From assembly GCA_047602425.1 (NCBI GenBank), contig JASGHG010000001.1, forward strand, positions 1,664,001 to 1,728,000: a stretch of DNA of 64,000 nt, in the 5' to 3' direction. A program made the position numbers and the translations under genes. Below, piece after piece: positions 41,727 to 51,840 of the stretch. This stretch comes from Nibricoccus sp. Its GTDB lineage: Bacteria > Verrucomicrobiota > Verrucomicrobiia > Opitutales > Opitutaceae. The notes beneath the pieces were generated by a model. The model was given only the letters and a program-made list of their open reading frames with translations, did not search any database and was not told the origin of the DNA. Within the stretch, counting starts at the first letter, position 1. Each line of letters starts with the position of its first letter.

Positions 41727-42557
41727 CTAGGCATTGGCTTTGCCAGCGAGGGCGGAACGCGCCTTGGCTTTCTCGTCCTCTGTCAGGGCCAAGGGATAAA
41801 AATCATCCCGCAGCACCACGGGACTCCCGATTTTTTCCTGCGAAACCAACGCGACCATGGTTTGGTGCGCGTTGTCTGCATACAATGGTTCGTGTTTGAC
41901 CGGGAATACAACCTTACCGTTAACAGAGCGGCCATCCGCCAGCTGCCCAGCGAATTGATACTCATATCCTGTCGTCTTACCTTTCGCGTTTTGCTCAACG
42001 ACCTGGGTGACTTGCACGATAACTTCGTCCGAACGGCGCGCACAACGGCGGGCATCGGCCAGGCTTCGCAACGCTTTCACCCCAAGAATCGCAGCAGATC
42101 CGCCGATCAATCCGATACCAGCCAGCAGCATAAATATCACCGACGCCCACCGACTGCCCGTTCGATTAACCGCCCAGGAAAGCGCAAAATCCTCGGGGTG
42201 GGCAGGATCATATCGCACAACTGGATCAGAGTCTTTCTCCAGTTCATTAAACAATGTGTCGAATTTCAATTTACCGCGATGAACAGCGCCTTTCTGGTCG
42301 AGATACGCCACATCCAGATCGTACTCATGAAAAACAAACTTGCGGGTAGTCACGCGCCCACCCGCCTCGGCGCTGCCAGCCGGCACCCCGGACTTCCAAA
42401 TGCGCGACTGCTTTAGGATTTCCTGGGCGTTATCCATCTGCCACCAGCCAAAAGCCACGGCAACCGCCAGTCCAAGCAGGATCAGCAACGCGCCTCCCGC
42501 TCCAAATTTCCAAACAAAAGAATTCTTCAGCTTAAGGGGTAGTGACGGGAGAATCAT
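41727..42557 (-). CDS. Two-TM membrane protein with DUF3592-like domains
   Basis: TM, then YDLDVAY...G...VRYDPAHP, then TM and a second similar domain. Confidence 0.6.
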   Translation of the reverse strand: MILPSLPLKLKNSFVWKFGAGGALLILLGLAVAVAFGWWQMDNAQEILKQSRIWKSGVPAGSAEAGGRVTTRKFVFHEYDLDVAYLDQKGAVHRGKLKFDTLFNELEKDSDPVVRYDPAHPEDFALSWAVNRTGSRWASVIFMLLAGIGLIGGSAAILGVKALRSLADARRCARRSDEVIVQVTQVVEQNAKGKTTGYEYQFAGQLADGRSVNGKVVFPVKHEPLYADNAHQTMVALVSQEKIGSPVVLRDDFYPLALTEDEKAKARSALAGKANA

Positions 42558-42683
42558 CGAGACTAACCAACATAAAACCGAACCCCTGTAAAGCACCAAA
42601 AATCAGCGATGTCGCTCAACGCTCCGTCCTCACCGCGTAAGGCTAAACTACAAAACGGCCTCCACCACCGCGCAAACTCGCCG

Positions 42684-42763
42684 AACCACTTATTTTTACT
42701 GTGCCTCGCTGACATCCGGAAAATCGCCCCTTCATCAGTGCCAATCCGTGTTCATAAGTGGTT
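42684..42763. repeat. Degenerate intergenic inverted repeat
   Basis: AACCACTTAT...ATAAGTGGTT; right side has three 10-mers TTCATCAGTG/CCAATCCGTG/TTCATAAGTG. Confidence 0.45.
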
Positions 42764-42829
42764 TAGCCTTTCGGCTTCTGCGCATTGGGCGCCTTTTTGT
42801 GGCCAGACTTCAGACGCATTCCCGCCCGC

Positions 42830-44068
42830 TCACCCCACGCGTTTACCCGCAACAAACACGCTATCCACGGGATTGCCGCCCAGCTCATGCGCCAGGAGGC
42901 GCTCATCGCGATGGCGCAGCAAAATCAGATCGGCGCGGCGACCCGGCTCGATCGTGCCACGATCGGAAAACCCAAGCACTGCCGCAGCGTTCACCGTTGT
43001 CGCCACGATTGCCTCTGCTGGCGTCAGCCCGCAGTAGCGCACCGCCAGCGCGATCACGAGCGGCATGGAAAACGTCGGCGCAGTCAGCGGATTGAAATTA
43101 CTTGCCAGCGCCAGCAGGCCGCCACTTTCCGCAAACGCACCAGCCCGCGCATAGCGGCGATCCAGGTGAAAACTCGTCGCCGGCGTCATCACGCCAATGG
43201 TATTCGACGCCGCGAGCGCAAGCATGTCCTCCTTTTTGGCGATTTCGAGATGGTCGACACTGCACATGAAAAATTTCAATGCCTCCGGAACCATGCCCAG
43301 CGACGCATAGAGATCCGATGCCACGCGCAGAGGCAGCCCGTGTTTGTGCGCGCGCTCGAACAACCGCTGGCACGCCTCTAACGGCCACGCGTCGGCGTCA
43401 CAATTCGCGTCGATTGTGATGCCCGGAAATTCGTGCCACACCGCCGGCAACATTTCCCGCACCACCATGCGTGTGTGCGTCGCCGGGTCGCCTTCAATCG
43501 CCTGTCCGAGCAAGGCGGTCGGCATCACCGTGCCCGCCCATTCCTGTTGCACGCGCTGGATTGCGTGAAGCATTTTCAACTCGTTGTCGATATTCAGTCC
43601 ATAACCACTCTTTACCTCTACGGTGGTCGTGCCTGCGCGCAACATCAAATCGAGCCGCGTGCGCAAACTGGCCGCGAGCTGCTTGCGCGTCGCTTCGCGC
43701 ACTCCTCGCACGATCGCGTGAATACCGCCGCCGCGTTTCTGGATTTCCTCAGGACGCACGCCGTTGAGCTGTTGCTCCCAATCGGGCAACGGATCCCCCG
43801 CCCAGCAAGCGTGCGTATGGCAGTCGATAAAACCCGGCATCAACACGCGGCCGTCCGCTTCGATGATTTCCGCGCCATTGGGAGCGGCGATTTCGTTGTC
43901 CACCGCCGAAATTTTTCCATTCACGACGAGCACATCGCCACGCGGGATTACGCCGAGTTCGCGCAACGCCGGTCCGCGTCGCGGCCGCACAGCACCGTCG
44001 GTCGCAGTCGCAGCCGACTTCGTTTCAGCGAGCGTCAAAACACGGGCGTGGCGGATGAGCAAGGTCAT
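42830..44068 (-). CDS. Imidazolonepropionase (HutI)-like amidohydrolase with degenerate metal site
   Basis: PGFIDCHTH, GGGI, GTTTVEVKSGYGL, DHLE, NAAAVLG..DRG.IEPG.RADL. Confidence 0.85.
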   Translation of the reverse strand: MTLLIRHARVLTLAETKSAATATDGAVRPRRGPALRELGVIPRGDVLVVNGKISAVDNEIAAPNGAEIIEADGRVLMPGFIDCHTHACWAGDPLPDWEQQLNGVRPEEIQKRGGGIHAIVRGVREATRKQLAASLRTRLDLMLRAGTTTVEVKSGYGLNIDNELKMLHAIQRVQQEWAGTVMPTALLGQAIEGDPATHTRMVVREMLPAVWHEFPGITIDANCDADAWPLEACQRLFERAHKHGLPLRVASDLYASLGMVPEALKFFMCSVDHLEIAKKEDMLALAASNTIGVMTPATSFHLDRRYARAGAFAESGGLLALASNFNPLTAPTFSMPLVIALAVRYCGLTPAEAIVATTVNAAAVLGFSDRGTIEPGRRADLILLRHRDERLLAHELGGNPVDSVFVAGKRVG

Positions 44069-44192
44069 GGATCGCGGGTATCTTGCGGCAAGCTGGCGCG
44101 CAGGAAAGCACGAATCACTCAACATCGACCTTTCCCACTTTGTGAGGCGATCCGTTTGCTTGCGCGTTGCGTGAACATAGTCCGCGCTTACC

Positions 44193-45371
44193 GTGAACTT
44201 TGTGTCGCGCGCCTCGAAACTTCTGCTGCCTGTCATCTACCTTGGCTTCATTAGCCTCGGGCTGCCAGATGGGGTGCTGGGCGTGGCGTGGCCCTCCATG
44301 CGTCAGACTCTCGGGCTTCCGCTTGGCCTCGCTGGGACGTTGCTGCTTGTGGTGACCCTGCTCTCCGGAGTTTCAAGTTTTTCCAGCGGTCGGATTCTTG
44401 CGCGTTTTCGAACGGGACCCGTTGTCATGGCAAGTTGCGCCCTGACCGGTTCAGCGCTGCTTCTCATCTCGCAAGCTCGCGGCGCCGCCTGGCTGTTCGC
44501 CGCCGCCGTTCCGCTGGGTTTTGGGGCGGGCGCAGTGGACGCGGGTCTCAATGCTTACGTCGCGCGCAACTACAGCGGACGACACATGAATTGGCTGCAC
44601 GCCTGTTGGGGAATCGGCGCAACCTGCGGCCCCGTTTTGATGACTTTCGCACTCACTCATGCGATCGGGTGGCGAGGAGGTTATTTCGCCCTCGGTACCA
44701 TCCAACTTTGTCTGGCCGCAATTTTCCTGTTCACGCTGGGTCTTTGGGCACAGCGGTCGCCTTCGCCCACCGTGACCGATCCGTTAACCACCGCCAAACC
44801 AAACGAACCCTCCGCGAAAGCCAACTCCGAGGCCGGCTGGCTTTCCGCGACGATTTTCGCCCTGTACGTCGCCGTGGAAGCCACTGCCGGCCTCTGGGCC
44901 TACACGCTCCTCACCGTGGGACGCGGTTTGCCACAATCCTCGGCTGGAACGTGCGTCGCTTTTTACTACGGATCGATCACCGGCGGCCGGATCGTGGCTG
45001 GCCTCGCCGTTGAACGCCTGGGGAATCGACAGATTGTGAAACTGGGTCTCGGCCTCGCTTCCGTCGGCGCGTTGCTGCTGACGTGCGCCTCCGACGCTCG
45101 TGCCGCGGGAATTGCACTTGCGTTGATTGGCGTTGGATTCGCCCCGGTCTATCCGTGTCTGATGCATGAGGTGCCAAAACGTTTCGCCACCAGCGCCACC
45201 TTCACCGTGATCGGGCGACAGTCTGGCGCGGCCTATATCGGCGGCGCCACGATGCCCGCCCTCATCGGCTGGTTGACCAGCGTCGTGTCGCTCGAAAGCA
45301 TCTGCTGGATTCTGCTGATGGGAATCGCGTCGCTTGTCACCACAATCCTTCGGCTCGATCGAATCACCTGA
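44193..45371 (+). CDS. MFS transporter
   Basis: About 12 hydrophobic segments; FISLGLPDG.LG.AWP, GAVDAGLN, MNWLHACWG.GA. Confidence 0.9.
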   Translation: MNFVSRASKLLLPVIYLGFISLGLPDGVLGVAWPSMRQTLGLPLGLAGTLLLVVTLLSGVSSFSSGRILARFRTGPVVMASCALTGSALLLISQARGAAWLFAAAVPLGFGAGAVDAGLNAYVARNYSGRHMNWLHACWGIGATCGPVLMTFALTHAIGWRGGYFALGTIQLCLAAIFLFTLGLWAQRSPSPTVTDPLTTAKPNEPSAKANSEAGWLSATIFALYVAVEATAGLWAYTLLTVGRGLPQSSAGTCVAFYYGSITGGRIVAGLAVERLGNRQIVKLGLGLASVGALLLTCASDARAAGIALALIGVGFAPVYPCLMHEVPKRFATSATFTVIGRQSGAAYIGGATMPALIGWLTSVVSLESICWILLMGIASLVTTILRLDRIT

Positions 45372-45430
45372 ATCCGCCGCTTTGTTGTCATTTTAGCGTC
45401 AACTCTAACCCGACTATATTCCTAACATCC

Positions 45431-46126
45431 ATGCATTCCGCCCAACCAAAACTCGTCGTGCTTACAGGCGCGGGCATGAGCGCGGAGAGCGGCATTCCCA
45501 CTTTTCGCGGCAATGGCGGGCTTTGGGAAAACCACCGCGTCGAGGATGTTGCCACGCCCGCAGCCTGGGCGCGCGATCGCGAACTCGTCCTGCGTTTCTA
45601 CAATGAGCGACGTCGCAAAATGTGGAGCTGCGAGCCCAATGCCGGGCATTTCGGCCTGGCCGCCTTGGAATCGCAATTTCACGTCGAGGTCATCACCCAA
45701 AACATCGACAACCTCCACGAACGCGCTGGCAGCAGCCGCGTTTTGCATTTGCATGGCGAACTCAGCAAGGCCCGCAGCACGCTGAATCCTCAGCTCGTTT
45801 ACGATATCGGCGAACGTGACATTTTGTTGGGCGACAAATGCGAGCGCGGTTCGCAGCTCCGTCCCCATATCGTTTGGTTCGGCGAAGACGTGCCGCTGTT
45901 TTCCCGCGCCGCCGAGATTGTCGGCGAGGCCGACCTCGTCGTGATCATTGGCACATCGATGCAGGTCTATCCCGCAGCGTCGCTGATCGATTTCGCACCA
46001 CGTGGAGCGAAAGTTTTTCTCATCGATCCTCAGCCTTCGACAACCCGCCGTGGACTTACCGTTATTCCGATGGGAGCGAGCGACGGCGTCGCGCATCTCG
46101 CGCGTCTGCTGCAAGTCCGATCATAA
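45431..46126 (+). CDS. cobB: Sir2-family NAD-dependent deacylase (CobB-like)
   Basis: TGAGMSAESGIPTFR, ITQNIDNLHERAG, HLHG, RPHIVWFGE, GTSMQVYPAA. Confidence 0.9.
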   Translation: MHSAQPKLVVLTGAGMSAESGIPTFRGNGGLWENHRVEDVATPAAWARDRELVLRFYNERRRKMWSCEPNAGHFGLAALESQFHVEVITQNIDNLHERAGSSRVLHLHGELSKARSTLNPQLVYDIGERDILLGDKCERGSQLRPHIVWFGEDVPLFSRAAEIVGEADLVVIIGTSMQVYPAASLIDFAPRGAKVFLIDPQPSTTRRGLTVIPMGASDGVAHLARLLQVRS

Positions 46127-46344
46127 AACGCCACGTGTCCTCGCGATGCGCTCAACGATGTGCGCATCGTCGCAGTTGCGAACACGCCACGCCCGAGCAG
46201 GACTGCTATTCACCACATCGCGGATTCCGCGAAATACCCCACTACCCCCGCCAGAGTCCTGCATTTCATGCCCCACTTCGCGCATGCCTTCGCCATGCGT
46301 TCACCCCTTTTCAAACGGAATTGTTCCGTGTGATACCCAAAAAC

Positions 46345-47265
46345 ATGCATACTACCCCGCTCAAATCCCTCGCGCTGGCTACGCTGGCGCTTTGTCTCGC
46401 TCCCCTCGCTGTGTATTCAGCCGACGGTTACGGTCGCAAGGCCACCGGCGGCGCCGGCGGCACTTCCGTCACCGTCACCACCGCTGCCCAGCTCAAGCAA
46501 TATGCCGAATCAGCCACCACCTACATCATCACCGTCTCCGGCACGATTGATCTGGGTGACAGCGGCCGCGTGAATCTCAAATCGAACAAGACCCTCAAGG
46601 GAGCCAACTCGTCCGCCACGATCAAGGGCACAATCAACCTGAGCAGCGTCAACAACGTCATCATCCAGAATCTTAACGTCACCGCCAATACCGGCGCCGC
46701 GGCTTCGAACGATGGCATTTCCGTCAACGCTTCCACCAATGTGTTCATCACCAAGTGCACCATCTACGATTCCACTGACGGCAACCTCGATATTTGCAAA
46801 GGCTCCGACTACGTGACCGTTTCCTGGTGCAAATTTTATTACACCCGCGATAACGGCCACAACTTCTCCAACCTCATCGGTTCCTCCGACACCGACACCG
46901 GTGGCTATCACCACACGTGGCACCACAACTGGTGGAGCACCGGCTGCAAGCAGCGCATGCTGGCCGACCGTTTCGGCCCCTGCCACATGTACAACAACTA
47001 CTGGAATTGCGCAGGCAACGACTATTGCTCCACGGCGCGCAATGTCACCCAGATGCTCAGCGAAAACAATTACTACGACGGCGTGAAGAACCCGCTCGAC
47101 AAACAAAACAGCGGCAAGCTCAAGACCTCCGGCAACGTCTTCAACAACTGCACCGGCACCATGGTCACGAGCAACGACAGCGTTTTCACACCCGACTACG
47201 GTTACACGCTCGACACCGCCGCCAACGCCAAGACCCGCGTTCTCGCCGGCGCCGGCAACCGTTGA
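46345..47265 (+). CDS. Secreted PL1-family pectate/pectin lyase
   Basis: Signal peptide, ADGYG..ATGGAGG, SNKTLKG, DGNLDI, HHNWW, HMYNNY. Confidence 0.9.
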   Translation: MHTTPLKSLALATLALCLAPLAVYSADGYGRKATGGAGGTSVTVTTAAQLKQYAESATTYIITVSGTIDLGDSGRVNLKSNKTLKGANSSATIKGTINLSSVNNVIIQNLNVTANTGAAASNDGISVNASTNVFITKCTIYDSTDGNLDICKGSDYVTVSWCKFYYTRDNGHNFSNLIGSSDTDTGGYHHTWHHNWWSTGCKQRMLADRFGPCHMYNNYWNCAGNDYCSTARNVTQMLSENNYYDGVKNPLDKQNSGKLKTSGNVFNNCTGTMVTSNDSVFTPDYGYTLDTAANAKTRVLAGAGNR

Positions 47266-47422
47266 TTCTTCACGGCGCGACTTCGTTCCTGACGACGCCT
47301 CCCTTCCGCAAAGCGTCGTCATCGCCGTCGCGCCCATCCCCTCGGGCTCCCCAAGCCCGCGAAAACTCGGCGGGGCGCGTTTGCTCCGCCGGCTAATAAC
47401 CAAACCCCAGTACCAATACCCC

Positions 47423-48328
47423 ATGTACACGAAAACGCTTCGCAGTCTCGCGGCCGTCGTTCTGGCCGCTTTCGCCACGCTCGGCACCCACGCCGCCGAT
47501 GGCTACGGTCGCAACACCACCGGCGGCGCCGGCGGCACCTCCGTCACCGTCACCACCGCCGCTCAACTCCACACGTATGCCGAATCCACGGCCGCCTACA
47601 TCATCACGGTTTCCGGGACGATCGATCTCGCCGGAACCAGCGTAAAGGTGAAATCCAACAAGACGATCCAGGGCGCCAATACTTCCGCCACGATCAAAAA
47701 TGGCGCCCTCGACCTCGGTGGCGGTGGAGTGAACAACGTCATCATTCAAAAACTAAATATTACGAATCCCAACGGCGATGGCGTCACCTGCTGGAGCGCG
47801 ACCAACGTTTTCTGCACGAAGGTCAACTTCTACGATTGCGGCGACGGCTGCTTCGACGTCACGCAGGGCGCGAGCAAAGTCACGGTTTCCTGGTGCAAGT
47901 TCTATTATCCGTCACAAGCCGACCACCGATTCTGCATGATCCTCGGCAATGTCGATGTCAGCCAAAACTACGAAACCACTCTCCATCACAATTGGTTTTC
48001 CAGCCGCTGCGACCAGCGCATGCCCTCGGGCAGTTACAGCATGGCCCACATCTACAACAATTACTTCAATTGTTCGGGTAACAGCTACTGCACCAACACT
48101 CGTGCCGGTGGCAACTGGATCGTCGAAAATAACTACTACCAAAGTGTGAAAAGCCCCCTCTACGAAGAAGGTGGCGGCAAGATCAAGTCGTCGGGCAACA
48201 CGTTCGCGAGTTGCACCGGCAACATCAACATCGCCACCGGCACCGGCTTCACCCTGCCCTACAGCTACACCTTGACCAGCACGAGCAGCGTGCCGTCCGT
48301 CGTGCAGGCCAGCGCGGGCAACAAGTAA
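47423..48328 (+). CDS. Secreted PL1-family lyase
   Basis: ADGYG..TTGGAGG, SNKTIQG, DGCFD, TLHHNWF, QRMP, HIYNNY. Confidence 0.9.
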   Translation: MYTKTLRSLAAVVLAAFATLGTHAADGYGRNTTGGAGGTSVTVTTAAQLHTYAESTAAYIITVSGTIDLAGTSVKVKSNKTIQGANTSATIKNGALDLGGGGVNNVIIQKLNITNPNGDGVTCWSATNVFCTKVNFYDCGDGCFDVTQGASKVTVSWCKFYYPSQADHRFCMILGNVDVSQNYETTLHHNWFSSRCDQRMPSGSYSMAHIYNNYFNCSGNSYCTNTRAGGNWIVENNYYQSVKSPLYEEGGGKIKSSGNTFASCTGNINIATGTGFTLPYSYTLTSTSSVPSVVQASAGNK

Positions 48329-48408
48329 ATCCGAATCGTACGACTTGAAATTCCCCCAACGGTTCGTGGAGCCCCGCTTCACGAACCGTTTTTCGCCGAA
48401 AAAACTCC

Positions 48409-49527
48409 ATGACCATACGAGCCCTCCACACCCTACTTCCGTTTGTAGTCGTCGCCCTGTCTGTCGCCCCCTGCCGGGCGGCCGAACCAGCACAACCCAC
48501 ACCAACCTCGCTGGAATTCGCCCAACTATCCGCCACCGACCTGCCCACGCTGAAATCCGCGCTCACCCGCGCCGGCTGGCCGAAATCCCACGTGCAAGCC
48601 TTGTTGAACGCCGAGATTCAGCGCCGCTTCAAAACCGACTTTACCCCGACTTTCGAAGACATGCGGACCTTCGAGTTCTGGCGCACCGGCCCCGACGCTC
48701 TTCCCCTCGCCCACCTCGATACGCCCGAACGCCGGAAGGAAATCGCCGAACGGGAAAACAAAGCCCGCGAAGCCTACGAATCGCTTTTCCCGGTTGTTGA
48801 GGAAGAATCCGGACCCTTAACCAAGTGGGAAGACCAACGCCGCTGGGGCAGCCTGTCCCAGGAAAAACGCGCCACCGTCGAAAAAATCCTGAAGTCTGCG
48901 GAACAGTTCCGCGACAAATTCCTCAAGGAGCGCGGCCGCATGCTCACCCGTGAAGAATGGGAAATGCTCTGGGCCGCCAATCGCGAATCCCGCAACCAGC
49001 TCGCGAAGGCGCTGACTCCCGACGAACTGCTCGATTACGATCTCCGAAATTCCAACACCGCCGCTCAAATGCGGGGCGAACTCGACAGCTTTGAGCCCAC
49101 GCGGGACGAATTTCTCGCGATCTTTCGTCTCCGCCATCCGCTCGAACTCAACTTCGAGGACAAGCCCAAGGATCTCTATCCCGACGTTGAAACCCAACGC
49201 GCAGCAGCCGAAAAACTCAGCACGCAAAAAATCGCCGAGTTACTCGGACCCGAGCGGTTCGATGACTACCAGCTCAGTCTCCAATCCGGCTGTCAGGTGC
49301 TTCGCTTCGATGGACGCTACGCCCGAATCAGCGCCGCTGAAGTGCGCTCGCTTTATCGCGTTTTCCTCGCCACCCAAGCCAAGTTAAAGGAGGCCGAAAC
49401 CCTGCCCGCCGCGGAAAAAGACCGCCGCACCGCCGAACTCAAGGCCAGCCTCTTCAGCCGTTTCCGCAGTTCGCTCGACGAAGAAGGCACTCGACGCTAT
49501 CTTCAGGAACAGGGCCTCTGGCCTTGA
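48409..49527 (+). CDS. Exported all-helical hypothetical protein
   Basis: Signal peptide; charged helical sequence with recurring LTPDEL..Y / LGPERF..Y / LDEEG...Y motifs. Confidence 0.8.
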   Translation: MTIRALHTLLPFVVVALSVAPCRAAEPAQPTPTSLEFAQLSATDLPTLKSALTRAGWPKSHVQALLNAEIQRRFKTDFTPTFEDMRTFEFWRTGPDALPLAHLDTPERRKEIAERENKAREAYESLFPVVEEESGPLTKWEDQRRWGSLSQEKRATVEKILKSAEQFRDKFLKERGRMLTREEWEMLWAANRESRNQLAKALTPDELLDYDLRNSNTAAQMRGELDSFEPTRDEFLAIFRLRHPLELNFEDKPKDLYPDVETQRAAAEKLSTQKIAELLGPERFDDYQLSLQSGCQVLRFDGRYARISAAEVRSLYRVFLATQAKLKEAETLPAAEKDRRTAELKASLFSRFRSSLDEEGTRRYLQEQGLWP

Positions 49528-49536
49528 ACCTACCCC

Positions 49537-50709
49537 ATGAATATCTCGTCGTTACTTCAAAAAGTTTTATTCGGCGCCGCCGCGCTGACTCTCGTCGCAT
49601 TCGGATTTTTCCTCGGTCGTCAAAGCGCCAGGCAAACGGCAACCACCCCGTCACCCACAGCCAATACCACATTTGGCAGTGCGTTTGCTTCCACGCCTTT
49701 GCCGGCCGGGGAAACCGCCGAAGCCGCGAAAAGCCTCAGCGCTGCCAAAAAAACCTGGACGTCCCTCCAACAACAGTCGCCGTCGCCCACCACCGAAGAG
49801 TCGCAATGCGCCCAGCTGAAACTCATGGCCGCAATCAATCCGCAGCAAGCCCTTGAACTTGCCGCCAGCGCCGCCACGCCGCGCCAGCGCGAACTTTTCC
49901 GCAACGCCGCCCTTCAAGGCTGGGCCACGCGCGACTCCCATGCCGCCGCTGTTTGGACCTTGGCCAATGTTCGGTCCGAGGAACGGCGCGCCGCCGTGGA
50001 AGCCATCGCCGCCGGCGCGATCAGCCAGCCCGATGAGGCCATCCGCACTTTTCAACATCTCGTCACGGCCGACGCCCTGCTCGCCAGCGACCACGGCAAT
50101 GCGCTTGTCTACGCGTTTGCGCGCGCTGGAAACTTCGACATCGCCAGCCAGTTCGCCGCCACAGGTCCCGCCGAATTCCGCGCCGCATGGCTATCCACCG
50201 TCTATCACCAATGGGCGGGCTATCAGCCGCAAGTCGCCCTCGCCGCGCTCGATAAAATTTCCGATCCCGGCGCACGCAATGAAGCGCGCTCCGGTCTCTA
50301 CGCTGGCTGGAGCGGCACCGACCCCGCCAGCCTCGTCGCCCATGCGCAGACTCTCCCCCTCGGCGAAGCACGTCTCGAAGCCCTCAAAATGGGCCTCGAA
50401 CAATGGGTCCACCTCAACCCCGTCGCCGCGTCCGCCTGGATGGAAAAATTCGATCCCGCCCCCGATCTCGACGCCGGCGCCGCCGCCATTGCCGTCGCCC
50501 CCGCACTCGTGGAAAAAAAACCCGATATCGCCGTCAGCTGGGCCGAGAGCATTACCGATCCAGAACTCAGAGCCAATACGCTGCTCGATCTTATCCAGCT
50601 CTGGGCCCAGCACGATCCCAATGCCGCGCGTCGCTACGCCAGCACCAGCGCCGCCATCAATGCCGAACGCCGCGCGAGCATCCTCTCCTCGCTCGAACCC
50701 CCACCGTGA
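49537..50709 (+). CDS. Membrane-anchored helical-repeat hypothetical protein (W-x3-DP repeats)
   Basis: N-terminal TM, Thr/Pro linker, repeats WATRDSHAA, WAGYQPQVA, WSGTDPAS, WVHLNPVAA, WAQHDPNAA. Confidence 0.8.
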   Translation: MNISSLLQKVLFGAAALTLVAFGFFLGRQSARQTATTPSPTANTTFGSAFASTPLPAGETAEAAKSLSAAKKTWTSLQQQSPSPTTEESQCAQLKLMAAINPQQALELAASAATPRQRELFRNAALQGWATRDSHAAAVWTLANVRSEERRAAVEAIAAGAISQPDEAIRTFQHLVTADALLASDHGNALVYAFARAGNFDIASQFAATGPAEFRAAWLSTVYHQWAGYQPQVALAALDKISDPGARNEARSGLYAGWSGTDPASLVAHAQTLPLGEARLEALKMGLEQWVHLNPVAASAWMEKFDPAPDLDAGAAAIAVAPALVEKKPDIAVSWAESITDPELRANTLLDLIQLWAQHDPNAARRYASTSAAINAERRASILSSLEPPP

Positions 50710-50760
50710 CTTTTCGTTTTCAGCCTCAGCATCCCACAACGACAGTATACCCCACGCATC

Positions 50761-51654
50761 ATGAAACGTCTGATCACCCTCCTCGCAGCGGCCGCTCTTG
50801 TGCCCGCCGCTTTTGCCGCCACCCGCAGCGTCCCCTCCCAATACTCCACCATCCAGGCCGCGGTCAACGCCGCCGCCGCCGGCGACACCATCAGCATCGC
50901 CAACGGCACGTATAACGAACAAGTCACCATCGCCAGCAGCAAGACCAAGCTGAACATCGTTGGCGCCAGTCAGACCGGCGTCATCCTTTCGTCCGGCGAT
51001 GGCCAGACTTCCCTGACGGTCAATGGCACGGATATCACGGTTTCGTACATGACGATTCGCAATACGCTGCTCAGCGGTTCCACCACGAGCCACGCCGTGC
51101 GCGTGAATAGCAAACGCGTTGAGTTCTACCGCTGCTACATTAACGGTTGGCAGGACACTTTTGCCATCTGGAATGACGCATTGGTCTACTGCAAATTTTG
51201 CGAAATCCGCGGTTGCGTGGACTACGTATACAGCGGCGGCACCGCCTTCTTCGAATCGACCAACGTCCGACAGGTCCGCACCACCGGCGGCGTCGACTGC
51301 GCGCCCAGCACGCCTCAAAACGTCACGTACGGTTTTGTCTTCAGTGGCTGCACCATCACTCGCGCCTCCGGCGTGGGCAGCAATAACTCCACGCTCATGC
51401 GTCCCTGGTACCCCTACGGCGCCACAGCGTATATCAACTGCACGATGGACGCCCACATCACCGCCGCTGGCTGGAGCCCTTGGGATGGACGCGAAGCCAC
51501 CTGCCGCGCCGCCGAGTATGGTAGCAAGACTCCCGCCGGCGCGACGATCAACCTCGCCACGCGCTCATCCTGGGTCAAACGCCTGACCTCCGCCCAAGCC
51601 GCCACGTATACCCGAAGCAACGTCCTCGGCGGCTGGACACCTCCGTTGCTCTAA
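50761..51654 (+). CDS. Secreted CE8 pectin methylesterase
   Basis: YSTIQAAV, GTYNE, GWQDT, G.VDYVY, RPW, AEY. Confidence 0.9.
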   Translation: MKRLITLLAAAALVPAAFAATRSVPSQYSTIQAAVNAAAAGDTISIANGTYNEQVTIASSKTKLNIVGASQTGVILSSGDGQTSLTVNGTDITVSYMTIRNTLLSGSTTSHAVRVNSKRVEFYRCYINGWQDTFAIWNDALVYCKFCEIRGCVDYVYSGGTAFFESTNVRQVRTTGGVDCAPSTPQNVTYGFVFSGCTITRASGVGSNNSTLMRPWYPYGATAYINCTMDAHITAAGWSPWDGREATCRAAEYGSKTPAGATINLATRSSWVKRLTSAQAATYTRSNVLGGWTPPLL

Positions 51655-51840
51655 CCAATACCCAGCAGTATCCGTTCGTTCTCGCCGGCCTTTTTTCGGA
51701 AGGCCGGCTGTTACGCAGGAGTTATTGCAGGGAGAAAGTCTGTTCAGATCTCCCATTCGATAACGGACTGATCGCTCCATCACTCTTCATTTTGGGCGGG
51801 CTCCAAAGTCCGCCTGTTGAACCCCCACACCCTGAAAACA

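Noticed and set aside
45838..46344. Long N-terminal extension of the first PL1 ORF (also extended starts at 16458, 44236, 56490)
   Set aside because: The extensions overlap neighbouring genes or precede clear signal peptides or conserved starts; downstream ATGs were chosen.
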